From Trichinella spiralis (Eukaryota), in assembly GCF_000181795.1 (NCBI RefSeq), contig NW_003526941.1, forward strand, positions 10,034,493-10,098,492: a DNA stretch of 64,000 nt, written 5' to 3'. A model generated the notes under the pieces. The model did no database searches, was not told the origin of the DNA, and saw only the letters and a program-made list of their open reading frames with translations. Every line of letters starts with the position of its first letter. Position 1 is the first letter of the stretch. Shown here one piece after another: positions 31,306 through 43,900 of the stretch. Made by a program: the position numbers and the translations under genes.

Positions 31306-32308
31306 AGTTGGAAAGCGCATAAACAGAGGAGCACACGACATACCAAGGCAGGTACTTCGCAAAGAATGAAAGAAATTCGCACAAACGCGCATATATATAC
31401 TCTGGATTGTTATTTAATTTAAAGTTAAAATTTTAAAGTGAATGTTTGTTTAAATTTAAACAATTGTCAGCGCATTTTTAGGCTCATCTTTTTGACCAAT
31501 CAGGAGTGACCAATGAAATCAATCCGACTTTTTTCAACTCAAATTTTTCAGGTAATGAAAATAAACTCTACGGAATGATGAATTTTTACCCATAAAATGA
31601 TTCAAGATATTGGGCAACAATTGAATGGAAGAAAAAAAAGCAAACTTTTGGAATATTTCAAAAACAATTTTTATACCATGAACATTTAGTGAATAGAAGA
31701 ATGTTGGAAATAATTGAACTTGGTTGCCAAAATTTAAAACGTATAAAATACAACTTGATTTAGAAAAAGTTAAACGCCTTAACATACTGGTAAACTTAAT
31801 GCTAAACTGCTGAGGGAAAGAATGAATGCGTAAACGAAGCGGATATGATAAAAAGTTTCGCTTTTATTAAACGTGAACATCAATTGTGTGTAAATACGGT
31901 AGTTGGATGTATCAAAAATTAATTTATTATCAAAATACAAATATAAGTAATTAAAAAACTAAAGTTGCGTTTTATTAGTATTTTTTTATTTCATAATTAT
32001 TTATCTAAAATTCACCATTCAATAATATTCAGAATTTTTTGTCTAAAGAACGTAATTTTTGGCGCATAAAAATTTAGTTTTGATTTTCCAGCGAGTTCAG
32101 TTCAGTTCAGTTCAGTTTGGATTTTGTATTATTTTAGTCGAATAATAATTAAATTTCAAATACAAACTATTTATTTTATTTTACTTGTTTTCTTAATTAC
32201 TGTACACACATTACTGTAAGACATTTGATAATTGAAATGGGTTAGATTGCTACATTATTGTTTGTTGTGATTGTCTTACGGCACGGTTTGCTCAATTAAA
32301 AGGTTGCA

Positions 32309-33282
32309 ATGCCTTCGATAGATTCGAAATCTGATCATGTGAACCATTATTCTCATCAACATCGTCAAGGTATATGAGATTTGCATTTCTTGATTGAGCA
32401 CGATCATTTTTGAACTAAAATTCATGAAAGGTAGATGGTCGATATTATTAATTCGTGACACTTACTACTGATCCGTATTTTATTGCTCGTTACTGATGAT
32501 GAAATAACATTTAAAATTTTTTCTTTTTTTACATATTTTTTACATTTTGACATGCATTTTTTTTGAAATATTAGAACGAAACATCTTTGGAAAAATGAAA
32601 AATACACAAACTGGCTCATAAGAATAACTTTCAAATTAGTTCATGCTTATTTTATTGACAATTTTTTTTGCTATTCTATTTGCTTTTATTATGTTATAGA
32701 TTTTATTTGTTTTTGTTATTCAATTGTTAATGAATTTTTTTGTTGTATTTAGCGGAAGCTACCATAGTTACAACGAAGCCTTTGTTTCGGAAGTCCAGAA
32801 GAAGAAATTTCGTACGCCATACTTCATTAACTCGTGAACATCAAGAACTTATTCAGTTTGCGAAAAAAAGTTAGTAAATTAGTAATTTAAATTACCATAT
32901 TGAATGAAGGTGAATCATTTTATGTCATTATGGTAGTGATTCACAACTTTCAGTTGCTTTATTTGATAATAGGTGTTGTTGTTGTTGTTGTTTGAATGAT
33001 TTCATCCGTTGCAAAATGTGTGTTGTAGAATGGGATGAATTTATGGTGGAATATGAACGTGCTCGAAAAGCGAACAATAGCAGCTCTGTGATATATCCTC
33101 CTACTAGTAATACTAATAATAACGACAACCATTTTCGAAATGGTATAATTCGACTGATAATAATAAATTCCCTCATCTGTATTCACTTGTGTAATTTATA
33201 ATTTGCAGAGAAGAAGCAGTTTGATTTCGGAAGGCAAAAAGTTAAAAAAGGCATGATGACGACGCATAAATTGAAGAATTAA
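32309..33282 (+). CDS. MCRIP/FAM195-like small protein, 4 exons
   Basis: Exons 32309-32369, 32753-32869, 33029-33142 and 33209-33282 splice in frame: MPSIDSK...KPLFRKSRRRNF...LTREHQELIQFAKKKWDEF...VIYPP...HFRNEKKQFDFG... The HxExxxFxxxxW motif resembles FAM195. Confidence 0.65.
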
Positions 33283-33634
33283 AAAATTGTGAAGTTGAAA
33301 ATTTTTTATTTGCTTTAAAAAGTTTTTGTTTTGACATTTGTGAGTTTTTTTACCAAACTGTTTTGCAATGTAGACGTGAAATTTATTTGTTTTAACATGA
33401 ATTTCTTGCAGAAATGGTATTTTCCTTTTTTTGGTTAAATAAAGTGTTCTGTGAAAAAAATTTTTTTTGTTCTACCTTATAGCTATTTAGCTGGTCACAC
33501 GTGTTGTCGATGATATTTTTTTTCTGTTATTCATATTTTTCGAAGTTTTCTTTTTTGATTAATGTGAAACGTTTTATTCTTTCTATATTGCAGTGTTTCT
33601 ATTTTGATATTTGTCCAACATTGCAACGTGGCGG

Positions 33635-35254
33635 ATGGACTCGACTCCGCGTATTATTTGCGCGACTTTCATGCATTCGATGCAGCATAGCATGGAAAGC
33701 ATCGAAAAGTGTCCCGAAAGTGCGGAATATTTGTTGAAGCTGAAATCACCCAAGCTCGAATATGTTGGTCGTAGTGTTGCTTGTGTTGGCGATAATGAAC
33801 TGGTGGTTGCCATTCGACATCGAAAAACGAAGCGTACGGTACTTTTGCCAGCCATCATGGTGGAATTTAAGCCGCAGTTGACGGCCGATTTGACCACTTC
33901 TTCTAGGTAAGTTTCTGGGTTTGGAAAAAACCATTTTTTTATTTTATTTGTTTGTTTGTTTTTAGTTTGCTTTTGAATTCCCCAGCCGCCACGAAGAACG
34001 AATTGATCATGTCTTTGAGCAGTCAGCGCAGGACGCTGAGTATGAAAGCCAGACAAGTTCACCGCACTCTTCATATGGTAACTAACTGTAGCAGTATTTT
34101 TTAAATATGCACCGTATATTTGTTCTATTTCACCCGCAGTCAGGCGAATTGTTGAACATTGCCACGGAATTTATCAGTACTCAGGACGATTCTGAGCTGA
34201 ACAACGATGGCTTCAGTGTTGTATTGCCTCCCGCTAATTTGAAAGCTACTTGTCCCCAAGAAATATACAACTTGCATGACATCATCACCGCCGAGCGACT
34301 TGAAAAGATGGATGAATTTTTGGAAAGCTTTTTCAACATCCCGAACAAGGAAAAGCAAGCGATTGGTAAGTTACTGCGGTAAACAACAGTCTATTGAAAC
34401 AAACAAACGAGCAGTTTAAAAATTGCTTATTTGAATTGATTTCAGTAAATTTGTTTATGCACGTTTGTCCAATAGTTTGTAGAATGTATTTTTTTTTCAA
34501 CTAGTAAATTCAAAATCCTTCGCGGAATAGCTTTGTTTTATTATGCGAAAATTTTAAACTTGCTTTTTGCGAAGCATCAACGGAGTGGATATGTTAATTT
34601 TTTTTTTACTTTTATGAAATTTTCATTTTATTTCGTAACACTTGTTTCTCCATGTTGAAATGCCACTTGGATGGAAGCAGTGGACGACGGTAGATGGAAA
34701 ACAAAGTTTTTCCAAATAGCCAATATGCAAAACTATTTGTTGACAATTATTTGACCGTATGTTTTGTTGTTTAAGAATTTATTCATTTTTCTTTTCTAGG
34801 ATGTGGAAATTTTGTTATAATGCTTGCAGAAAAATGTCAAGATCCGATTCAGAGACGTTGTTTATTTTATTTGAGTTGCTTGTTTCGGCTGGCGTGGCTG
34901 TATTCGTCGAAGAGGGTTGTTATGGTTGAAGACATGGAAAAAGCTGCCCTACCATTTTCCATTGGATCCAAATTGCTGCAAGTGTACGGTCGTTCTAAGG
35001 GTAGATTCAACAAAGAGAAGCTGTCCTTGTCCACTGCATCCCGGGATGCGCTGATTGCCCATATTGTTTTGCTATCACTTGCGCTGAACAATTTTTCCGT
35101 CCCAATTCAAGACCTCTGTACCAACGCAACGTTGAGCAATTCTCGTGTAAGAAGCATCAGTCGAGCACTTGGATGCAACGTGATCAAATCCAATGATCAG
35201 CAGTTGATTGTTCTCAGACAGCCGCCCAAGTCTCAGTCAAGCACCCGTAAGTGA
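33635..35254 (+). CDS. POLR1E: RNA polymerase I subunit RPA49/PAF53 (A49-like), 4 exons
   Basis: LEYVGRS...VVAIRHRKTKRTVLLPA, NELIMSLSSQRR, VLPPANLKATCPQEIYNLHDII and RDALIAHIVLLSLALNNFSVPIQDL...RALGC are typical of the A49 family. Confidence 0.78.
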
Positions 35255-35528
35255 CACTTGATGCAAGTGAATCTGTTGTGAAATGACGTTCATTTGTTAA
35301 AATTAAAAAAAATAAATATTTTTTCATATTTTTTTATACTTTATTCTCCATTGTCTCACTGAAAGTGCGTGGAATGATCAAAGTTTCAGAAAAGTGAACA
35401 AATCGTCCACGTACAGACGTATACGAAAGGTTGCTGTTCAATATTCTTACAGTTCGTTCATGGAATATTTATATTTAAATACACAACAATTACACTATAA
35501 ATGCTTGCTTCTTTGCTCAGTTCTTAAT

Positions 35529-35848
35529 ATGGCAGTGAATGTCAAATATCAGAAGATTTCATCAGTGTCATCTGTGAGTGTTATGTTCATTATATTTAAT
35601 TCTAGACTGGTATGAATGTAAAATGTAAATGCTTTTTGTAATTTATTATCAATATCATGACAAATAGTTATTTATGAAAATCGAATGGAGAAACTTTGAC
35701 ACCGTATAAATATTGTTGTGCACCTCGAGTAGAATTTATTTTGCTCGTATCTGTGCTGTTTTCGTGTTTTGTTGTTGTTGGCATTGTTTTTCTCTTCTAC
35801 CGTTCCAACTGCCCACCTGTGGGATGCACATTCAACAGTATACTTTAA
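35529..35848 (+). other. Possible small single-pass membrane protein gene or gene fragment (frame-broken as assembled)
   Basis: Exon MAVNVKYQKISSVSS|gtgagt, then a downstream frame KSNGETLTPYKYCCAPRVEFILLVSVLFSCFVVVGIVFLFYRSNCPPVGCTFNSIL*. The two join only if one A is removed from the run at ~35677-35680. Confidence 0.3.
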
Positions 35849-36024
35849 GATTATCAGATTAATTAAGTGAAAATATTTGTCTCTTCTTGAATATTAAATT
35901 TCCGTTAGAGGAAACAAAAAAAATCTAAACATTTTAAGTTCAATTTGAAAAAGCAACAGTTTCTTTCTCACAAGTAAAAGACGAAAACAAGCAACAGCAT
36001 AAGATACAAAAGAAAAGAAAAGAT

Positions 36025-38239
36025 CGTTGATTTGTTTCAAAAAAATTAATATTTCAATTTGTTATTAAACTCAAGCGTCTAGATATAACTGTAGAATGAG
36101 CTCCATTTTTCAATTTGTACTTGCTTTTCGCATTGAATTTTACTGTGAACACAACAGGTCGATTATCCCAAAGCGATTAGTGTTTCTTTCTATGATGCAA
36201 GATATCAAAATGTCGTTTTTCTTACAGAGAATTATTTAATCTTATATTACAACTTTATATTTTCGAAATTTAGATCATCAAAGACATTAGATAAATTATA
36301 ATTTTTTTCCTAGCCTTCCTATGCTAATATTTTTGTGAAAAGCATTTTGCCATGAGTTCTATTTATGTAGATCATTTTTGAATTTTCAACCCTTAAATCC
36401 CGAAATGTGGAGGCGTGTTTTGACTAAATCAATGTTTTTGTTATGGTGTTTTTTGTCCGATAGTTAATATTTTGACTGAATTGTAAATGACGAGGTCATT
36501 TTTGAATTTTCAAATAACTGTCATTGATTGTTTAATTTGTCACTCTGTTTGAAGTGTTTCATCAAATTATTACTTTTTCTCTCTTCATATAATAAGCCAG
36601 TATTTAATAGAATTTAATATAAGAATTAAGTATGCATTTCATTTTTTTATTTTTCCACTATTTAAATTATACTTAGGAATAGAAATGAAATTAGTGATTC
36701 CGCAATGAGAATTGCTTTTTCGTTTGGCAGGGCTACAGTTAAATTTTCTCTCAAACACAATGCATTACTTAAGTAAATAAAGCGCAATGAAAATTATGCG
36801 CTGGTGATATTTATCAGCAGAAATGAATGAAATAAAAATTTGAATACGAATTTGATTGCTTTAATGCTAATAATTTTAGTTTCACTCCGTCCGTGGATGG
36901 AAGCACTGCGTTTTGATTGGAAAATTAACTGCATACCACCAACATTAAATGCCAAACAGTTCATTTGATTTTTATTATTCATTATTATTTATGGAAATAA
37001 TTTTTCAATCAACATTGAAAGAGTAGTATGAACATCAACAATGAGAAGACGACTCATTTATTATGGTAGTAAGTGGCAGTTTTTTCTTTTTTTAGTGGTA
37101 ATTACTTAATAAATGCAGTTGAGAATCGATAATGAGCATAATTTTTAAAAATAGATGAGAATGGTCTATAGTGATATTTGTTGAAATTTTGTATGTAAGT
37201 TAATTAATTAGAATTTTTAATAGATTTTCATTTTTCTACATTTGACTACAATCATTCAATTATATAATAATGCATCATAGTAGATGCGATTTATGAATGA
37301 TAAATTTTGAATTGAAATTGTATTTTCCATTTTGTTCGATGCTTTGCCGAGATGATAGGTGATTTAATAAGGTTGATTAATTTAATTTAATATTAAATTT
37401 CATCCTGTACACATTCTTTATTTATTATTAAAATATGGTCTTTCGAAAATCCACTTTTCAGTAGCTAACATGCACGTACGTTCAGCAGATTATAAGCAAG
37501 CTTTGGCTAGGAAATTGCTCACTTAAAATTAGCATTAGAATTGCTGAAAAGTAATTCCTTTTTCTACTTATGTTATTCTTTTTCAAATTTTTTAATATTT
37601 ATTTTCTGAGCGTTACCGCTTAATTAAAACCAGTTAATTAATATATTTGAAAATTCAATTTTCAAATTGTCGTTACTTTTACTACGTGATGAAGCGAGAA
37701 CATTTTTCATTTAATATTTAAAATTTCTACAGATATGAACAATGAAAAAAAAGTGAAAACGCTGTCGACACGAAGCAAAACGCGGACGGCAAGAAGCAGA
37801 AGAATATAAGAGTAAAGGTATGTGCAGTTTTTTGTTCGTCTTGATTCTGAAAGACTGAATTTGAAAGGGCGAAGTTATTCCTATGTTAATTTAAGTTACT
37901 TAAGCTTATTATATGTAAGATGTAAGTAAGATATTTTTGACTGTGAAATTCCATCTTTTGACTTTTATATTATGTTGAGATTAGGTAAGAATTCATCTTT
38001 ATGAAGTATTTCTATCGTCCTTAAACCACTTTTAATACTGCGAGAATTGTTTCTGCCCATTTAGTACAAAAGCATCCATCGAAAATCGTCTTTTTATTAG
38101 CTCAACAAGCTTTCACTTTCAAATTATGCACTTGAAAAGGTCTTTCTGCATAAGAAATTAACTTCCATTTATGTAGGGCATTTTTGAATTTTGAAATCTC
38201 AAATTGAAATATGCGGAGGCGTGTTTCACTCAGTTAATG
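36025..38239. repeat. Composite AT-rich dispersed repeat; inverted relatives at 40134-40965 and ~60560-63299
   Basis: 36025-36860 matches the reverse complement of 40134-40965. ~36175-37500 matches the reverse complement of ~61938-63299. 37600-38239 has diverged matches in 60560-61520. The module GAAAATTCAAAAATGA(C/T)CT...AAAACACGCCTCC recurs. Confidence 0.88.
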
Positions 38240-38961
38240 NNNNNNNNNNNNNNNNNNNNNNNNNNNNNNNNNNNNNNNNNNNNNNNNNNNNNNNNNNNNN
38301 NNNNNNNNNNNNNNNNNNNNNNNNNNNNNNNNNNNNNNNNNNNNNNNNNNNNNNNNNNNNNNNNNNNNNNNNNNNNNNNNNNNNNNNNNNNNNNNNNNNN
38401 NNNNNNNNNNNNNNNNNNNNNNNNNNNNNNNNNNNNNNNNNNNNNNNNNNNNNNNNNNNNNNNNNNNNNNNNNNNNNNNNNNNNNNTTTACAAATCATGA
38501 AATAATTTCGTTGTTTGATCGAGTGTAAACTTGAAATTTAATGAGAATTTGTGCAGCTTAGCTTTTTGCATGTCATTGTGAATAGGAGCGGTAATATTTG
38601 TCAGTATGGAATTTAGTTAAATTTATTTATCAGCTAAAAGTTTGTACTAGCACTGTTATGTTGTGATACTTTTCTTGTTGTAAATTAAGCAAAAATAAAT
38701 TTTTTTTGTTGAGATGATTTTTATTTATTTTAATTTTGTTTCATTTCTTTTTGTTTCAGGTTTGTGTTTTTATAATATATATTTTTCAAATAATTTCAAA
38801 TCAAACAATGTTTTTTTGTTTATTTTTATTTAATTTAATTTTATTTTATTTTAATAAATAAAATTTTTATAATAATATTAAAATTTATAATAGATAAAGT
38901 GAAAGTGATAATAATTGAAATAATTAATCAGTGAACGTATGAAAGAAAGAAATGAAGTTGG

Positions 38962-40123
38962 TCACTCATAGTAGCGTTCGGCCGAAGTTTGGTCTTGGAC
39001 AGACTCGACTTGTTTTTTGTACTCTGCCTGTAAAAGAAGAAAATTTAAAATTTTTTCTATGCAAAACTTTGTCAAAACCATAATTGATTACCGAATGCAT
39101 GAATCGTAAATGGTCGAATACGTGGCATCGTTTTTCCACTGGCGTCATATTGACTATTTTTACACTTTTATTCGATCTTACCTAAAAATTTATAAATAAC
39201 TGACTGTGACTGATCGACTGGTATTAAATGTTTGATTTTCATGAAGAGAATGTTAAGTAATTGTTTTAAAAACTGCATAACGTACTATTTTTTCATACAG
39301 AAATGCGTACAACATGACGATGAAATAAATGATAAGGGCAAAAAGCAAGAAGTTAGTAAGCAGCGACTCTGTTTCTGAAATGAAATATTTGAATACACTT
39401 TCATCGTGATTGACAACATTTGTTTCTTACCTATTTGACATTTTTTTCCTTTATTTGAGGGTCTACACCAGCAGAATATTGATCCATCTGGTCTGTAATG
39501 CAGCTGTCCCTCATTTTGACAGATTGGCGGTTGGTCGTTTAAATTGAGAGTGACCGCTTTTGAACAGTTGCATTCGGCCGTTTTATTTGTTGGACATACT
39601 TGACCGTACGGTTTTTCATTGAATCTCCATATATAATAATTGGTTTGTTCGATGCATCGGTCACTGTTATTCACTCGGTGGCAAGGGAGTATGCGTGACA
39701 CGTAATCGCAATTGAAATAGGGACGGTGTGCGCAGATGTATTCATCCTGTTTTTCAAGAACTTCTGAACATGGTTCGAACCACGACTTGGTCACATCAAC
39801 GATTCCATCTGATGCTTCCAATTTCGCCATTCCACAGTATGACACGGCATTTTTGCTCATTTTTAATAATTCAGTCCGACTCGCCAGTCTGGGGTCTATG
39901 GCATCACAGTTACCTTCTCCTGTGCTTTTGTTGTAATAACAACTCTTCTCCCTGAACGCCATCTTTCCGTTCTTTATCTCACTGTGGTACATTGAGAAAT
40001 ATTCAATCAAGCTTCCATTAATAAGTTTTAGCACGGGGCCTGTGACCAGACTGAAAACATCTGCCGTACGATTGTTCTTGTGACGTTTTCTGAAAGCTTC
40101 CTGGTCAATATGTGGATCAGTTA
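38962..40123 (-). CDS. Cys-rich type I membrane protein with juxtamembrane EGF-like domain (3' part; 5' lost in gap)
   Basis: The frame is open from the gap. EGF motif is CQNEGQLHYRPDGSIFCWCRPSNKGKKCQ. A spliced TM exon ETESLLTNFLLFALIIYFIVMLYAFLYEKI follows, and cytoplasmic exons end ...QTSAERYYE*. Confidence 0.75.
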
Positions 40124-40133
40124 NNNNNNNNNN

Positions 40134-40965
40134 ATCAAATTCCTATTCAAATTTTTATTTCATTCATTTCAGCTAATAAATATCACTCATCGCATAATTT
40201 TCATTGCTCTTTATTTACTTATTAAATGCTCTGTGTTAGAAATAAAATTTGACTGTTTACGTGCCAAACGAAAAAGCAATTCTCGTTGCGGAATCACTAA
40301 TTTCATTTCTATTCCTAAGTATAATTTAAATAGTGGAAAAATAAAAAAATGAAATGCATACTTAATTCTTATATTAAATTCCATTAAATGCTGGCTTGTT
40401 ATATGAAGAGAGAAAAAGTAATAATTTGATGAAACACTTCAAACAGAGTAACAAATTAAACAATCAATGACAGTTATTTGAAAATTCAAAAATGACCTCG
40501 TCATTTACAATTCAGTCAAAATATTAACTATCGGACAAAATACACCATAACAAAAACATTGATTTAGTCAAAACACGCCTCCACATTTCTGGATTTAAGG
40601 GTTGAAAATTCAAAAATGATCTACATAAATAGAACTCATGGCAAAATGCTTTTCACAAAAATATTAGCATAGGAAGGCCAGGAAAAAAATTATAATTTAT
40701 CTAATGTCTTTGATGATCTAAATTTCAAAAATATAAAGTTTTAATATAAGATTAAATAATTCTCTGTAAGAAAAACGACATTTTGATATCTTGCATCATA
40801 GAAAGAAACACTAATCGCTTTGGGATAATCGACCTGTTGTGTTCACAGTAAAATTCAATCCGAAAAGCAAGTACAAATTGAAAAATGGAGCTTATTCTAC
40901 AGTTGTATCTAGACGCTTGAGTTTAATAACAAATTGAAATATTAATTTTTTTGAAACAGATCAAC
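40134..40965. repeat. Copy of the composite repeat (inverted relative to 36025-36860)
   Basis: Homology with the 36-kb copy stops sharply at ...GAAACAGATCAACG (40965 versus 36025). Confidence 0.88.
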
Positions 40966-43900
40966 GTTGAACCGTATATGAAATTGAGAATTTCTTCCTA
41001 GGTGTTTTTCAATTTTTGTGCTTATTGAAATTAAAAAATGCTCAAATATTTGAATATACGCGCATTCATGAAGAAAACATCAGGGAAATGTTTTTTAAGA
41101 TAGTGAAGCATACACATATATCACAGATGACATGTCACCTTTGAATAGTAGGTGATGATAGCTGAAGTAAAGAACTGAAATTCAATATGTGCTGTTAGAA
41201 ATGAATGACTCTTAAAATTAGCAAAACCGGTGTAAGTGATTTTTGCAAATAGCAAAATACTTCACCTTAGATCAAATAAGGTGGTTTTCAGTTTGTAATA
41301 GCGTGAAAAGTTTTCATTAAATTTGTCTTTATTGGAATACAAATTCCATTTATCCTATCCTTGACAAAAGGTTTATATTCAGCGCCATAGAGAATTACAC
41401 TTATATGCAAGTAATTAATATTTTACATTAATAATAAATATTATTTACAATATGAAAATGATTTGAATTAATTATTATTAATTATTAATCAGGAGCGAAA
41501 ATATTTGCATGCAAACATAGTCAAAAAAAGACCAATTTCAACGCCTTCAGATTAAAGTGCACGCGTTATATCGCGTGTGTAGCAAATTCAGAAATCAACA
41601 AAAGCTGCTGAAGTTGTGGAACAATCATTTCAACTGTTTTTCGTTTCTGCTGTCATGCTGAATATTACTATTTTTAACTCGTTACATAAATTATATTCAA
41701 TTAGAGTAAAGTTAAAATTAAATCAATGAATTGAAAATGTAAAACTTACCCGTTGTTTAATTCAACGATGAATCCACATTATAAAAACTATGAACTGATG
41801 CAATGACTGAGTAAACAACTTGTTAATCTTGCTCTTTTTGTTTAATATTTGAATTTGCCATTTTCTCGCTCGCATCATATGCAGTAATTTTGCCTACGTT
41901 ACCTGAAAACTTTTAAATTTTACTGTATGAGATTAATCGAAGAAAAAGTATCGTTTTCATAGATGAATGTCGCAAATGTCAGGAAAACATTGCAGCATTT
42001 TATTTATCATATTCATATTTTTTGATGATCATTATATATCATTGATGATAATCAAATATAATAACCAACTTGCAAATGATTTGAAATCTAAAAGCAATAT
42101 TGAATTCAACAGTATATATACATATGTACAGGCTGTTGTTCAAATCGGTTTTCATCGTTTGTTTAGATCATTATCCATTCGTTTGCACTAAGATTGCATA
42201 CATCTTAAGGAACGTCTTATCTAGTAAATATACACATTAGAAAACTGAAACATAACGATAAGTTAAACAACTGAAATGTTATTAAATTAAAATATAATAG
42301 AAACAATGAATAAATAAATAAAAACACCTATATGTTTACGTAGATTGTGAAAGATAAAACAATTAATTGGACGACTAATATGCAAATAAATATTCACCAG
42401 TAAGTAACCTTGCCTTTTTTAAAAGATTGATAACAGAATGAACACTGTAAAGCGACTTATTAGAAGCGTTCTAAAATCAATTATTTATTTAAAAAACATT
42501 TTCAATTTAACTAATTTATTTATATAGATAAATGAAAAAAATTTTAAACACTTTTATAATTTCCACTGCTGAACAATTAATTTATCATTTTCTTCAGTTT
42601 CATTTTTCTATTGTGCAACTATTGAAGAATAAAATAATAAAAGACATCATATCAAAATTATGCTAACATTCCACAGAATATATTTTTATCAAAAGTTTAT
42701 TTCAAAAAAAAACAATTTATTAAAAGTCGATTTAAAAAATAAATATATAAACAGTTATAATAAAAAATAAAAAATATACAAATTTTTTAAACTGCATTAG
42801 CCAAATTGCATTTGCATTATCGGATGATTATTATTTTGCACAGCTGGCCTTATTTTATAATCGTACTGTGTCACCTGGGATGAGAAGGCGTTGTGTCAGG
42901 TGACCATTGGTCATCTGAACGATGAGACCGATGTCGAAGCATTGTTCTCCCATTGACCCTGTTGAAAGTGCTCCAGACAGGTCAGATGTAAGTAGATCCC
43001 TGCCGTTATAAGCAAGTGGCCCCAGCGAAAATGTTCTCTTCGAAATTTATCGGCATGACCAAAATATTTTCCCTCATTTCTGTAACATAATATACAACAA
43101 CATCTGATTTATGCTTCTTTTTTCCTCTTTTTTTTCACTACAAGGTTACCGTCTGTAAGTATGCTAATTTATTTATCAACCATATCATCGTTCAAATTTT
43201 TCATAAATTATTTTCATCATATTTTCATATTAAAAAGAATAAATAATTAATATTTGTTGAAATTTAATAAAAAGGTAAAATAATCAGGAAATTTAAAAAT
43301 TAAAATTTCCAATAATTTTTGCAAATTAAAGTTGGTTTAATTATTTATTTTTCTTTAGTTTCGATTACAAATCAAAAAATACATATCAAACAATTCTAAT
43401 ACACAAACGTGGTTCATTATCTTTCGCTGATTTCATCCCATTCTATATATATATTTTTATATTTATTTATATATGCTTGTATATATTTCGTATGTACATT
43501 GACTATTTCGGCCCTACAAACGCAAGTTAGCAAATAAAGCATTACGGTGCATAAAAATTTGTTGACCACCACTCACTCTATCACTACGCACAATCAGCGT
43601 GCTTGCTACACGTTAGCAATCGTCGCGGTCTTCTTGATATAAGCAACAGCATCACCAACAAAACAAATAAATAACTAGGTCATTGTTGCATTTTGCAAAT
43701 TTGTCCACTTTGCTAATTTTTCATTTCATAATTATGTAAGTTGAAAAAATATTTGTTTCTCCTATTTTTTTTCAATTTTCCAATTGTAAAAATTTTCCAC
43801 TTCATAAATGGTGATGATTTTAAAATTAAAATTTGCATAATAGAGTTCTATTCAAATTAAGATTCAAAGTGTTTAAAATATTTCTCTGAACAAACAAATC

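Noticed and set aside
41560..41905. Minus-strand exon-like segments with good splice signals
   Set aside because: The frames I traced contain stops and no homology is recognisable, so a gene cannot be supported.
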